In this document: piece after piece, positions 50,439 through 62,941 of the stretch | How the letters are laid out: each line of letters opens with the position of its first letter | How positions within the stretch are numbered: position 1 is the first letter of the stretch | NCBI RefSeq assembly: GCF_038025025.1 | Contig: NW_027117341.1 | Span: 1,302,001 to 1,366,000, forward strand | Length of the DNA stretch: 64,000 nt | Reading direction: 5' to 3' | Source of the DNA: Phyllosticta citribraziliensis | Taxonomy: Eukaryota | Position numbers and translations under genes: made by a program | The notes under the pieces: model-generated | Database searches by the model: none | What the model saw: only the letters and a program-made list of their open reading frames with translations | Told to the model about the DNA's origin: nothing

Positions 50439-50651
50439 ACCCTCCTTTTCTGCTTCTTCCACCATGCGCAGGGCGATGCGGTCTTTGACGCTGCCACCGG
50501 CATTGAACATTTCGAGCTTGGCGTAGACGGCGGCCTCGATTCCAAGTGACTGGGGGATCTTGTTGAGGCGAACCATGGGGGTGTTGCCAATCTGCTGGGT
50601 GACGGAGTCGAGGACGACGGGCGGAATGCCCGGCTTGGTCTTGGAGGCCAT
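48994..50651 (-). CDS. CYS4: Cystathionine beta-synthase, ~535 aa
   Basis: Exons are 50651-49680 and 49629-48994, with a 50-nt intron. Motifs are [25 protein letters not shown] (PLP lysine), [23 protein letters not shown] and [11 protein letters not shown], followed by C-terminal CBS domains ([19 protein letters not shown]). Confidence 0.97.
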
Positions 50652-53359
50652 GGCGAAGAGAGTGGTCGAAGAAGGAGGCAGCTGTGAGTTGTTGTGGTGT
50701 TGTTGCAGCAAAGAAAAGTCCCTTGGACCTGACTCTCGTCTGACTGGCGACGGGATAGGGCCGATGACAGGCGCGGCTAGCCGACGAGTTTGCTCAGCAC
50801 GCCACCTTCTCGCGACATCACCTCTCGTCAACTGTCGAGCCCACAAGTCGTTCAACCTTTGGCCTCGTCGACAATGGAATCAAAGTCCAATATCGTCATA
50901 GAGGTCATTGCTCCAATCGTCATATCTTATCGCCTGCGGGGCGAGCTGCTTGCACCACCGCTGATCAGCCCCGATAAGCCGCCAGCCTTACCGGCTTTCG
51001 TTCGGAGACTTGCCTGGAGTCTGGACTGGACCATCTTCAATGTTTTCCGCTCCTTCCATTCGCTCTGTATTTCGAGAAGGCAACGTCTGACTCCATCTGA
51101 GTGAACAATATGCTCGCGGCGAGAAACGAGGCACGAGACTCTGCTTTATGTGCTGGAATGCCGGACCACGAACAAGAATGTCCGACATGCAAATTCTTCC
51201 AGGACAGTCAAGGGAGACGGTTTCCAAAGTTTCAGACCATCAGTGTCCTCTCGTGGACTGAGCAAAAAAAGAAGAGACCAAGAAGATCCAAGATCACCCG
51301 CCCGATGAACCAGACTTCGCGCCCAGGACGTCGACGAAAGTCCGCTGAACAGATGACCTGGAATTCCAGGGTCCGACAGTATGGACTGCCGGGGGATACG
51401 AGATATTAGATTGACCGGCAATCTCTACGACCACCTGTCCGGTCTCTCATGTACTCCTGAAACCGGACACCGGAAGGGCCGTCGTGTTATCGCTCGTCAT
51501 TTGCACACACTGGCGGGGGACAGACACACCGGCAGCCATGGCCCTCGTCCAGTGACGCATCCCCCATCCAACCTCATCCAAGGTTTTGCATCCTTCAGGC
51601 ACCAAAAGCAGCTTTCAAAGGGTCCCGAGAGCCCGGGTCCACGCATGCCGGTTCGACTTCCCACACGTCCGCCGCCCCGTCCCATCATCTGTTCAAACCC
51701 AGTTTGAAAGCGGACCTAGGCGTACCGATCCATCCTCGAAGCTGGCTTCCCACTTTTCTTTCTCATGCTCTGCCGGGACAGGCCCGTCTGCAACGATCCG
51801 TTTGAATAAACACTTGCAGCGGCACTTGCATCAGGGTTTCCACAGCAATTTTCTTCTGCGGCTCCTACTTTTGCCGCTGCTGCTGCTCGAAACCTTTGCA
51901 TATGTATACTGCGGTTGCGCAAGAGGCGGTGAGCACCACAGAATGACGAGTAACATGGCTCGACACGCCACTTGCATATATCTACATGTAACCCTGCCAT
52001 GTACTATGCGTACATACATGTAGGTTTGCTGCTTCGCCCCATGGCACGCTGCTGCATGCCTAGCCGCGTATGTACGTGTATCCTGTATCTATGCGGCGGC
52101 AAGTAACTGGACCGGACCGCATCGGCTCTCTCCATGATCATCGACGCCAGACAGCAGTCTTCCGGCTTAGCCGTCGCCTGGGCCCAGGACGGTCGACGCT
52201 GCTACGTACATACATGCGTGCGTGCGCCACACCAAGCAAGTGGCCACATTCTGCTACATGGTGCGGGACGTCACACGAGAATCGCCCCTCAGCCGCCACC
52301 GAACCGCCATCGTCGTCGTCCCGCGCGGGCACTGTGGCCACGCCGGGCAGGGGAAAACAGGTAGGTCTGTTTCAGGTGCTCCGGGGGTCGGTGGTGGTGG
52401 TTGTGGCGTATGCAACGGCTGCCGCTCGCAACGGCCTGAGGCTTGGGCCACGAAAAGCGTCGACATGATGCCGCAAGCAGTGCCTGGACGGCGCTGCACT
52501 TAGTCATTGTCTTTTGGGTGTTTGCTGCCATTACCAAGGCTGCTGCTTCTCGGCCTGGCGTGTTTCCGTGGAGGAGAGTATCTTACGTCCGTTGTGGGAG
52601 AGGATCACATTTGGGCGAGGCATCGATGTTGGTCATCACTTGAGTGGTAGCCCTCAGTCGAGTGATTGCTCAGCGCTGAGAGCGCGTTCTGGCGGACAGC
52701 CTATATGATCTTTCCAAGAGTGTTTCGAGCCTTGAATTGAGGGCTGTAGTCAGAATTGCCATTATCGTGAATGTTCTCATGGCGAAGTCAGTATTGTAGG
52801 TCTTCGAGAGGTAGGTCTTTCCAGCTTCAAGTCACCGAGTCACCGTTTTCATACCTTCTTGCAACTACGAGAAGAAGAGGAATACGTTTTCATTCCCAAT
52901 ACCCAAGCAATAAAGCAAAGAGACTGTCTGTAGTGTACACCTTCGTCCCAAATTTCCGGCTGATTTAAGCCGTAGCAGCCATGATTTGGCCTGCTTTGCC
53001 ATCTTTCCTAAGCCAAGAAGCCAACAAGTTTCCGAACCCCTTCGCTGTCTTTCCCAACGTCTTCGTCCGCATCCCTCCAAGTCCCACAGCCAGCCCGACT
53101 GCCTCTCTCCCCCATCCCACATCCCTCCTCAGTCCTCGCTGAAGCGGTGCCTGCATTTCGCGCACATGCCAGCTCTGCCGTTGACTTGGCCTGCGGACAA
53201 CGTGGAGGAGCCCGCAGAGCAGTACGGACTGATCGGGGCGTTGTTGAACCTGGCCAGCTCGCCGTGGGTCAGGTTTCGAGGCTGGGGACTGAGCCTGCGG
53301 CGGGAGCGCCGGGCATGATGGGCCCGAGCTGGTTCGTTCATGCCGTCGAGTCCGGCCGG

Positions 53360-54859
53360 CTACGTCGTCTTGTCGAATTCCTCGATGTCCACAAACGGAA
53401 GACCTGAGTTGGCGACGCCAGAGACGGCGCTATCGTCCCTGGGGGCCTGGTCGTTACCGTCGTCGTCTTGCGTAGAGGCTTCGGAGGTGGACGGCTCCGT
53501 CGTCAAGTCGAGCACTTGGACGCTGCGACGTGGCTCGGCTTGCTGGGGGAGGTTGTTGTCGTCGTCGTCGCCGATAACCAAGGGACCCAGCCTCGTTCCC
53601 CAGGCTCCAACGTGCTCGCCGACGTACTCGATGTCTTCTTCCGACGCGCTGTCGCTGCTGAGCGAGATGATTTCGACGTCCGGAGATGGCGACTTGGTAC
53701 TCGAGTTGGCGTCTGCAAGTGGCTCAACATCCGAAACCCAAGACTCGATGCTTGGAAGAGGCTCATCGGGATCTGGGAGCTGGGTGTCTTCCTCGGCATC
53801 AGCAAGAGAGTCGGCGGCTGAGACGACTTCGCTTTGGTTGCCGTGAGAGCTGACGGGCTCCTCGCTCTTGAAAACTGGACCAGCCTCGGTGTCGTTGGCT
53901 GCGAGGATGTCTGCGGCAAGCGGCAAGGCGTCAAAACCTGGAAGAGGCGTGTCGGGCTGAGGTTGGTTGGGCTGTACAGCGTTAGCAGAAGGAATCGATG
54001 TTGTTGAAGTTAAGAAAATGCTCACCTGGATGCCATGTGCCGAGCTTCCTTCGACTTCTCCCTCCATTCGTCCCCTCTTCACCTCGCGTTCTTCATCCGC
54101 CTCGGTCTCTTCGAACGCCCTCTTGGTGCCGGCGAACCAGGCGAGCTCCGGCTGCAAAGGGGGCAGCACGCGCTGACCAGCGCCAACACCCCGAGGCTGA
54201 GACACGACCGGGTCAAGCACCCTGTCACACTCGTAGTCGACCTGGTTGTCGCCATCATCGACCTCGATGTTGTCGTTCTGCTCCTGGAGCTTGAACATCT
54301 CAAGACCTCCCTCACGGCAGATATCTCCCAAGAGCTCCGGATCCGTCTCAAGGTACCGCCTGACCTTGGCCACAACCGCACGCGCATCATCCTCGACAGC
54401 GCGTTGCATCTGGGCGCCGTCCCAATCCCAGCGCAAGATGACCTCCGCCGGCGGGTTCGGCGTCGTCTTGGCCACCGCATACTGGTACCAAGCACGCACG
54501 GGCAGCTCGCCCCAAACGCTCTTGTCGAAGTAGGCGATGAGCGCGTGGGAGCCGAAGGAGTAGAAGGAGGCGTGTGCTTGGATCAGCTGGTCCTCCGTGG
54601 GCGACGATTTGGTGAGGAGAACCAGGGCGGTGACGAGGATTGGGTATTCGGTGCGGTCGATACCCGTGGAGGAGAGGTAGCGCTCGAGGATGGAGACGTA
54701 GAGGGGCGTCAGCTCCTTTTGGGCGCGCTGGAGCAGGTCGGTGGTGGTGGCAGTCGTCTCGTCGGCGGGATGCGCTGGGAAGTCAAGCCTTGGGTCGTTG
54801 GGCTTGAGATTGATGCTGCGTGCCGAAGCACGGGAGGCATTGAGAGAGAAGGAAGACAT
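53360..54859 (-). CDS. Hypothetical protein with an acidic low-complexity C-terminus, ~481 aa
   Basis: This is a long ORF with TATATAAAA about 145 bp upstream (55010-55002). It contains a 54-nt in-frame intron 54025-53972 (GTGAGC, GCTAAC, CAG). No domain is recognisable. Confidence 0.7.
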   Translation of the reverse strand: MSSFSLNASRASARSINLKPNDPRLDFPAHPADETTATTTDLLQRAQKELTPLYVSILERYLSSTGIDRTEYPILVTALVLLTKSSPTEDQLIQAHASFYSFGSHALIAYFDKSVWGELPVRAWYQYAVAKTTPNPPAEVILRWDWDGAQMQRAVEDDARAVVAKVRRYLETDPELLGDICREGGLEMFKLQEQNDNIEVDDGDNQVDYECDRVLDPVVSQPRGVGAGQRVLPPLQPELAWFAGTKRAFEETEADEEREVKRGRMEGEVEGSSAHGIQVSIFLTSTTSIPSANAVQPNQPQPDTPLPGFDALPLAADILAANDTEAGPVFKSEEPVSSHGNQSEVVSAADSLADAEEDTQLPDPDEPLPSIESWVSDVEPLADANSSTKSPSPDVEIISLSSDSASEEDIEYVGEHVGAWGTRLGPLVIGDDDDNNLPQQAEPRRSVQVLDLTTEPSTSEASTQDDDGNDQAPRDDSAVSGVANSGLPFVDIEEFDKTT

Positions 54860-57427
54860 GGTATATTTTTGGGTATAAGGTGAGAAATGTAGTTGACGTC
54901 GTCTCGTAGTGCGGCGTTGGAGTGGACGGGGAGAATTGTGGTCGGCGTGTAGAGAAGAGCGGTGTTGAGATGACGTTACGACAAAAGAGCGCCGCCAAAG
55001 GTTTTATATACCAAGTCGTAGGCGGTGGTGGGCGGTGCCAACAGGCCAGCAATTTTCAGACCGATATACTGAAGTGAATTCAAGTGAAATTTAACACCAC
55101 GAATCGATTTCGTGTGAAAAAAGGTCTACAGCCGGTGTCCCCACAGGCTGAAAGTGAATGCCTGGCGCTTTTGTTCTAACACTTCCAAAGGAAGCACCCG
55201 TCTTCGAGCCTGACGATCTGATGGACACACACTGAGCTCACAGATGTTGACGAAGCCTTTCTGGCTGACCATGTCAAATCTCGACCAGTGTGGGTTCGGG
55301 CAGGACCCATGGAGAAGGTTGGCAGGTCGCTGAAGTGCATGTAATCTGTGAATGCCTCTCCTGCTATATCGACTTCCAGCATCACGCACGAGGTTTCTGC
55401 TCACTTCTTGCTCAATGAGCCTTGAAATAACGCGACTATACCCTGGCAGCAAGTTATGACAGCTTCCAAGGAAGCACCATGGCAGAGATACAAATGACAT
55501 GACTGAGTGCCGCCATGAACGACGCAGACTTCAGAAAACGCAACGACACTCTCAAAACCAAGTCCTTCCTCACAAAATTTCGTGTAAACGTCTGTTTCCC
55601 CTCGTAGCACTGAATGAACAAGACACCGCTCAAGCGAGCCTGCACTGTCGCTGAAAGACTGAAAGTGACGGACGGTCACGCCATGGCGGGAGCGTCCGCC
55701 ACAAAACCACGAGACGACAAGTAGCAGGATAGTTCGATAGAGCCCCTGGTACTCTATGAACAGTGGTTCAGCACAACTTTCCAGATGTAAAGATTCGCAT
55801 CCTTCCGGTTGGAACAAGGGCGCCGCTTGAAATTCAGGACGAGCGAGCGAGCGGGTTGTGCGCGTGGTGCGTGTCGGTCGATTTGAAGGATCAGGGACGT
55901 GTTTAGCAGAGGAAGAAGCGAGGAGGCTGGAAGCTCATCTTTATACCGACGCCAAAGGAAGGGAACAGAGAACAGAAGAGGCAAAAGGTTTGAGCAAAGA
56001 ATAGTCAGAGAGGCAGGACCAGAGGGAGCGACAAAGCCAAAGGCAGATGTACAAATGCGTTATTGGAAAAGCCAACAGCAGCAAGCAGCTTCACAGGCAA
56101 ACGAATCAAAAGACTTAGGCCTGGTTGTGTCGTCATCAACGTCGTTAAATTAACTAGTTAGCTAGCTACTACATACCCACCCACAATCTCAGCCCATACC
56201 ACACTGTGCGGACGTGACCCCCTATTCCTCATCTTTCCATGCTCTACCATATCCATACCCGTCCGTACCTCCTCCTCCAGTGTCTGATCCTCATTCATCA
56301 CAGGAAACCCATTCATTTGATACCCTCTCGACCTCGCTTCCTCCGGCAAGCTCATCTACAAGCCGCAAGCCCATCGACACTGTCCTCCCACAAGCCCAAT
56401 CCGCACTGTATCCACAAGTTTCCTCGCAAGAACATGGTGCACATAACAGCCTGATGTCCCCTCAAACATGCCCCGATCCAAGCCAAAAACAAGCCAACAA
56501 ACGAGATTCGTCCAGGCCGATCCGGTTGCGCAATGGTTGAAAGCAAAAGAGTAGGTCAAAAAGGAAGGAAAAGAAACGAGATCAAGACATTACACTACGA
56601 AAAGGAAAGTTGAAGGAAAAAACAGGCAGGGGAATCATCACGCGCGCTTCCTCTCAACTCAGTAGCAAGCAAGCAGGTCGTAACGGCGTTATTTGCAAGG
56701 CAGCAAGATCAAGCAGTTCACTTCGTCAGCACCACCACACCAGACATTGAAGAAAATGAAGCAAGGAAATGGGTACTATGAAAGAGTTTGAGAAGGGGTT
56801 ATTCAGACCAGTCCAGCGCCAAGGCAGTGTGGCGGGCATTCGCCTCGTCTCGAAGCTTTCCGCCCGGCAGATGATTAAGCGCGGAGCTTGAAACGGGAAA
56901 CCAAAATACCTGAAACACTATGCACACTGTGGTCTGCTGGTGGCGAAAATGGAGAGGGTTTGGAGTTGCGATGTCGTCCGTCCGGATCGCGCGGCGGATG
57001 CTCCGATGATCAAGGGGAATGTCGAGTCTAGCGTTCGATGGTTGGGTTCAGCCATCAGAGCCAGTCGTCGAGCTGCCACTTGGCCAGCAGATCAGGCGAA
57101 TCGCGGTATGTATGGGAGGCAGCACGACGAGCGGTCGTATTCGCCTTGTGTTTTTGTCGCTGGCGGCGGCACTGGCCTTCCTGCTCCTCGACCTCGTGGT
57201 CTAGACTTGAAATGAGTCACTCCATCATGATCGTGGCCTCGCTGTAGGACAAGTTTCTCGAATCAGAATGCGTTCTCGGCCGCCTTTTTGGTAATCGTCG
57301 TCCATCCAAATTAGGTTGGCAAGGAAAAATTATTTTCGTCAAGGAAAGTTGCTTTTGGGTCGTTCCGAACAAGGAGAGAAGAAATCCCGTCCACCCCAAG
57401 CCGAGACATGGAATGGAGATGTGTCGC

Positions 57428-58511
57428 TTACGTGTACCGAGGTGGGCTGGTGCCTCCGTTGACGCCCTGGAGCTTCCTCTCCATAATGTCGAGAGTAGCT
57501 GGGAAGTAGGGCTCGACGCCAAAGTTGCGCAGATAAGCGGCCGTCTTTTCGATGCGCTTGATCTCGCGCTGGACGGGCCACTCTTCGCGCTCGTCAAAGC
57601 GGCGCCGCACAACGTCGACCATGGCAGCATCCAGGCGGCCGTAAAACTCCCTCCGCGCGGCAATGTCATCGGCGTCGCCCGAATCCAGACCACCGTGAGA
57701 ATTGAGGTTGCCGCCGAGCTTGAGGATCAGGTCAAAGGCGTAGCGAGGGCCGGTAGGCAGCGAGGCGAGACGCTGGATGTCGGGGAGGAACTTGGCCATG
57801 GCCGAAGCGAAGTGGGCAGAGGAGATGCTGTCGTTGAGGTCATCTTGCAGGCGGTGCAGGTCAAAGTTGACAATGGTGATTTTGCGGTCGAGCTGGGCGT
57901 TGAGAGTGTTGGCGGCCGTCGGATCGGCGCTGTCCATGTGTTTGGCAATGTTTGGAGGGACATCTGAGCGTGGTTAGTCGGTGACGTTCGGCGGGTGCGG
58001 CGTTTGACAGGAATGGAAGCATACCGGGTCGCAAGCCCCGCTTGTCGATCCACGAATGGACCTCTGCCCTCTGCTGCTCCAAACTCTCAATCCACGCATT
58101 GAGCTCAGCAATCTGGCCCTCGAGGTGCTCAATCTTCTCGGTGTAGGGGCGCACGGCCTCGTTGAAGGCGCGGGTGAGCAGGTCGGGCATGGGTTCCGTC
58201 TTTTGCGGCATGGCACCGCCCATGCCGGCGTACATGCTGGTGTCCATGGGAGGCATGGAGTTGTGAGCGGAGCTCGTCATGGGTCGCGGAGCAGAGTGGT
58301 GAGCGTCTTGAGGCGCGGAGGGGCGCGGATACATGCCACCAGGGTCCTTGTCGAACTGGACCTGATCGTGCGAAGGGTTGGGGATCGCGGGGGCCGAGTC
58401 GCGGCGCGAAGAGGGCGGGCGGTCGTACTTTTCAAAGCTCTTGGAGTGCTGCGAAGGCGAGTCGGCTTCCTCAAGATAGGAGTTTGCGCGGGAGCGGCGT
58501 TTGAAGAACAT
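57428..58511 (-). CDS. Conserved-looking fungal coiled-coil hypothetical protein, ~340 aa
   Basis: Exons are 58511-58025 and 57963-57428, with a 61-nt intron (GTATGC, CTAAC, CAG). The core reads MPDLLTRAFNEAVRPYTEKIE...WIDKRGLRPDVP...LNAQLDRKITIVNFDLHRLQDDL. Confidence 0.85.
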
Positions 58512-59552
58512 GCTGAGGAGGAAGCAAGAAGAGAGGGGATGGGGGTGGGAAGCGGTAGGCAGAAGGATTTAAGCGGCAGACGACGCGGATGGTGCAGGGG
58601 TTAGATTTGGGTCAGGTCAGGCTCTCGGATGGAAAGGGTAAGGGCTTGGCCGTGGTTCTCGGAGGAGGTTGGCAGGTGGGACGGGCAGAGATAATTGAAG
58701 AGGTCAGTCGTCGTGATGGTCCTGGTGAACCAGCGCTTATGGTATGGATCCCGGCTGGTGGCTGGGAGACGAGCGGGAGCGGTGCTCTGCTCTGCTCTGC
58801 TCTGCTCTGCTCTGCTCCAACAAGAACCCCTTGGGCATGCAGCCAGCGTGCATGAGAACGACTGGACTCGTTGAATGTTTACATCTGATGTATCGCGCCG
58901 CGCCATCTCTGCAGCCGGTGCTGAGGTCATGTTTCCATCGCCGTCGCTCGCTCTCCCAACACCCCAAGTCGCCAGCGTCCACCAGCCATCCAACGACTGA
59001 AACACGCCGACGACGAAAACAGTCTCACCATGGGCAGGGTTGTGGCTGGCACATCCCACTTCAGCCTCTTTCGTCCCGTTCTGAGTGCCAAAAAAAAGAC
59101 GGATCCCATCTTTCGCCGTGCCACGGCCACGGCTACGGCTACGGCTACGGCTACGTCGTGGCACCGTCCTTGTCGAGTGCGGTGCTGTGCCTGGCGTGCC
59201 TGCAGCCGACCGTCACGACTGCTGCCCTGTTTCCGCGGCAATCGGAGCAGATCAACATGTGTGCGACTGTGATTTACTACTTCTTGCGCTGTGCTCCTAC
59301 ACTCACGCATCATCGGCGCTGACGTTGCACTGCTCTCACCACAAGCTCTTAGTCAGCATCGTCATGGCCTCTGCTTCGAGCCATCCTCGACCACGCCATG
59401 TACCTCTGCCTCTGATAATGAGTTGATATACTACCCAAGTCCATGCAGATCGTGAGTGTTCTCCGCCGTGTCATTGCAGCCACCCAAGAGCCGTGCCCAT
59501 CCCGCCATGCCCACGCCAAACGCCAGTCCAGGTCCTCTATACAATCATTACC

Positions 59553-60899
59553 TTACGATGCGTACGACTCTTCGCCCAAGCTGCTCGCCTCCGTCTCCAC
59601 CTTGCCAATCTCCGCGTCGCTCTCGCTGCCTTCGTCAATCGACTCGGCATCCGGCATGGCCTTCTCCGGGTCGCCCATTGTGTGAACTGTGCCTCGCCGC
59701 CCCAAAAAGTCCTCTGTCCGCAGCCCGCGAACTTCTTCCGGCCTCACCGCGCCCTGCAGACCGCCCCCACTCTTCTTCTTCTCCTTGATATACTCGCGCA
59801 CCGGGCACATGGCCGCATCCCTGCATGCATCTTTAATGTCTGACCCGCTCATGCCTGCTGATACGCGCACGAGATAGTCGAGGTCAAAGTGCGCACGGTC
59901 GACCTTGGTGTCGCGGAGAATGAGCTTGAAGATGCCTCTGCGCTGGTGAGCCGAAGGCAGCGGCACCGGGAACTTCTTAGGCATGCGCCGCAGAATTGCC
60001 TCGTCAATGTCCTGGATGCGGTTCGTGGCGCCCAAGATGCAGATGCGCTGTGGCTGGCCCGACGCGTTGACCGATGCCAGCCCATCCCAATGCGTCATGA
60101 ATTCGGCCTTGACCATCCCACTTGCCTCGTGCTCGCCGGATCGCCGCTGGCCCAGCACCGCATCAATCTCGTCGATGAAGACAATGGCAGGCGCCAGCTT
60201 CCGAGCCAGCGAGAACACGGCACTGACGAGCTTGTTCGAGTCGCCGTACCACTTTTCGGTCAATGTTGATATGTGTAGGTTGATGAAACAGGCACCGCTC
60301 TCGTGCGCGAGCGCTTTGGCGAGCATCGTCTTGCCGCAGCCGGGAGGACCGTAGAGCAGCACGCCGGAGGGGGCCGAGAGCAGCGACGACTGCTGCGCGT
60401 AGAGGTGTGGCATGGTGAGGGGGTAGATGACGGATTCCTTGAGCTCTTCGATTATGTCCTCGAGTCCTCCAATATCTGCACAGTTGTCAGCATACGTCTA
60501 AGCCCACGCGAGAGATACCGACCCTCGAACGAGACGGGGATTTCTTCCGGTGCGACCACCTCCATCGCAATCGTCTGCTCATACGGTGTGAGAACCATCT
60601 CTTCTTTGTTGAGCCGTTTCTGTATGCTGCCCTGCTCCTCTTCCTCTTCCTCTTGTCTTGCTAGTATTCCTCTCAACTTGCGATTCGCGGCGATGGACTT
60701 TTGACGGGCCTCTTCCTTGGAGGCAGCTTCGGGGTCTAGGCGCGCGAGTATGTTGCGCACCACAAAATACATCAAGACGGGCTGCAGTAGGCGTTAGTCA
60801 AAGGCTTCCGTGGAGATGGTCGCTCGCGAGACTTACGGCGGCCGTAATCATCAACAGGTCGCCCACGTATGAAAACTTCTTCCATCCTTGGTTGGACAT
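59553..60899 (-). CDS. MSP1: Mitochondrial outer-membrane AAA-ATPase Msp1/ATAD1, ~414 aa
   Basis: Exons are 60899-60837, 60781-60523 and 60475-59553. It has an N-terminal transmembrane segment, FEDIGGLE, Walker A GPPGCGKT, TEKWYGDSNK, Walker B IVFIDEID, KAEFMTHWDG and GATNRIQDIDEAILRR. Confidence 0.96.
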
Positions 60900-61084
60900 T
60901 GTGCCTGCGATTACGCGCACCCGTCGGTAGGTGGCAGATGGAGGGTGCGAAGCGTATGTACAGCGAGCGAGCGGTTGACGTGGAGAGGTGTTGGCGGGTG
61001 GGTCAACTGCCCAGTGTGGCGCCTAGGTAGGTGGCGCTGAAAACCTGGCTGGGTCTGCGGGCAGCGCGCCGGAGCTTCCCAGCA

Positions 61085-61931
61085 ATGCTTCAACACCAAA
61101 AGAGCATCATCACACGGCGCGCCATGGCTACTGCTCTCCACCGCGTCGCCATCGAGGGCCGTCTCGCTGGCTTATCGAGACTGCAGCCACCGCGTCTCTC
61201 GCAATCGCGGTGCAGACTTTACGCCACGCACCACAGCACGGGCTCGCAATCCCAGAGCTCCACCACCAAGCGACGAGCCGTTACCATCGCAAACGACACT
61301 GGTTACGTGCCATGGGGAGAGCTTTCCGCCCGCGAAAAGGCCGCCCGTTCGACGCAGCAGTCGTTCAATTTTGCCTTGGTGGTTGCCGGCATCGTCGCCA
61401 CTGGCGCCCTCGTGTACATCATGTTCACCGAAATCATATCCCCAGAAGGCACAACCAACCAGCTCCATCGGGCCTTGAACAAGATCAAAAACGACTCAAG
61501 ATGCGTCGAAGTGCTTGGCGATCCAAAGCAGATTGTCGAATTTTCTGAAAACCCCAATCCACGTGCCCGCCAATGGACAGTCCCATCCAAACGGGAGCAA
61601 GACAAGGCTGGAAATGTCCACTTGACCATGCACTTTTTTGTATGATTCCATGCTTCCTTTCCTGCGCTCGCAGCTAAGGCGAAACAGGTCAAAGGACCTC
61701 TTAATAAAGGCACAGTCAGGTTACACATGATCCAAAAAGCTGGAGAGAGCGAATTCGATTATCAGACCTTGACCCTTGATGTGCCAGGTAAGTCGAGATT
61801 CTGGCGAAGTCCACGCCCGGCAGATAATGACATTTGTAGGCCACCGAAGGATCTACCTGGAAAATGCGGAGTCCTTGTCTGCTTCTGTAAAGAGACAATC
61901 TGGCAAGCTCTTTGGCATCAAATGGTGGTAA
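61085..61931 (+). CDS. TIM21: Mitochondrial inner-membrane import subunit Tim21, ~248 aa
   Basis: Exons are 61085-61639, 61688-61787 and 61840-61931. It has a presequence, WGELSAREKAARSTQQSFN, a single transmembrane segment, HLTMHFFVKGPLNKGTVRLHM, LTLDVPGHRRIYL and KLFGIKWW. The start could instead be 61124. Confidence 0.9.
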
Positions 61932-62941
61932 GGCGACGATTGCCTGCAAGATACAATGCAGCGCCAACCACCAGGCGAGCGCGTGCCGAGAAGCCTGTGA
62001 GAGTTGCCGGCGCTCGATTAAGGTTCAGGCACGCCTGACACATGTCCATCGATGCTGTCCCGAGGGATTGCACTCGCGTGATGAAGGGAAAAGCCAGCAG
62101 AGCACGAGAATTGGAAATGAGCATTATCAAGCTTCAAAGAGCAAGATTGGGTATGCATAGCAGCAGCCCTTTGCGCAGATATGATGCGGCTCTGCCAACG
62201 TTGCGATGATCACAGCATATTTCCGCCGACCAACAAAAAAATTCGGATGGAAATTTCCAGGTTTGGAGGACGGTACTCGGGCAAGCGTCGCCCGCCAGGA
62301 GTTAGAGTTACTTGCCGTCGTGCTTTGATGCTGCCCAACCAGCACGGGACCAATTGGAAAAGCGGCAGACTCAATAGGGTTTTTTGACCCATGCTACCAA
62401 TTCAACGCAACATCAACCTGAACCACGGATGGCCTGTTTCGACAAGTGTGATGGAGCGTTCCGACCCGTGTTCAACAGTCGTGCCACCACAATTCCCCTT
62501 GATCAAAAACATCGTGGATTGCGGCTCATGCACATGTCTCGAGTTGCTATACTGTCCCATTTCTCGTGTCAGGCAGACAACATCGCTATCGAGCTACTCG
62601 TCGTTCCGAAGAAGAAGCAGGTGTAACCCGGTATCCGCGACCCGCGACCTTCCATCTGCCTTTGGCATTGGGCAATGGTCTTTCCTTCTTATGCAGGTTC
62701 GCGAAAGCCTGCTCGCGAGCCACTCAACGTCCAGCGCTGCTCGACGCTCTGTCGTACCAAACCTTCGGACTGAGCTTCTCGAAGCCAGCGTCGTTCTCTC
62801 ATTGCTCAACCTACACCCTATATCCTCTTTTGACGTAACCTTACTCATCGTCATCATTATACTTCCTGCTTGCTTTCCTTGGCTCTTTCAGTCTGCAAAC
62901 CTTTGGGCCAAGAACCACAGCAACGCTTCACGCGACTTCTC

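Noticed and set aside
55100..57200. Short ORFs between the two hypothetical genes
   Set aside because: They have no recognisable motifs or supportable splice model, though a small orphan gene cannot be excluded.
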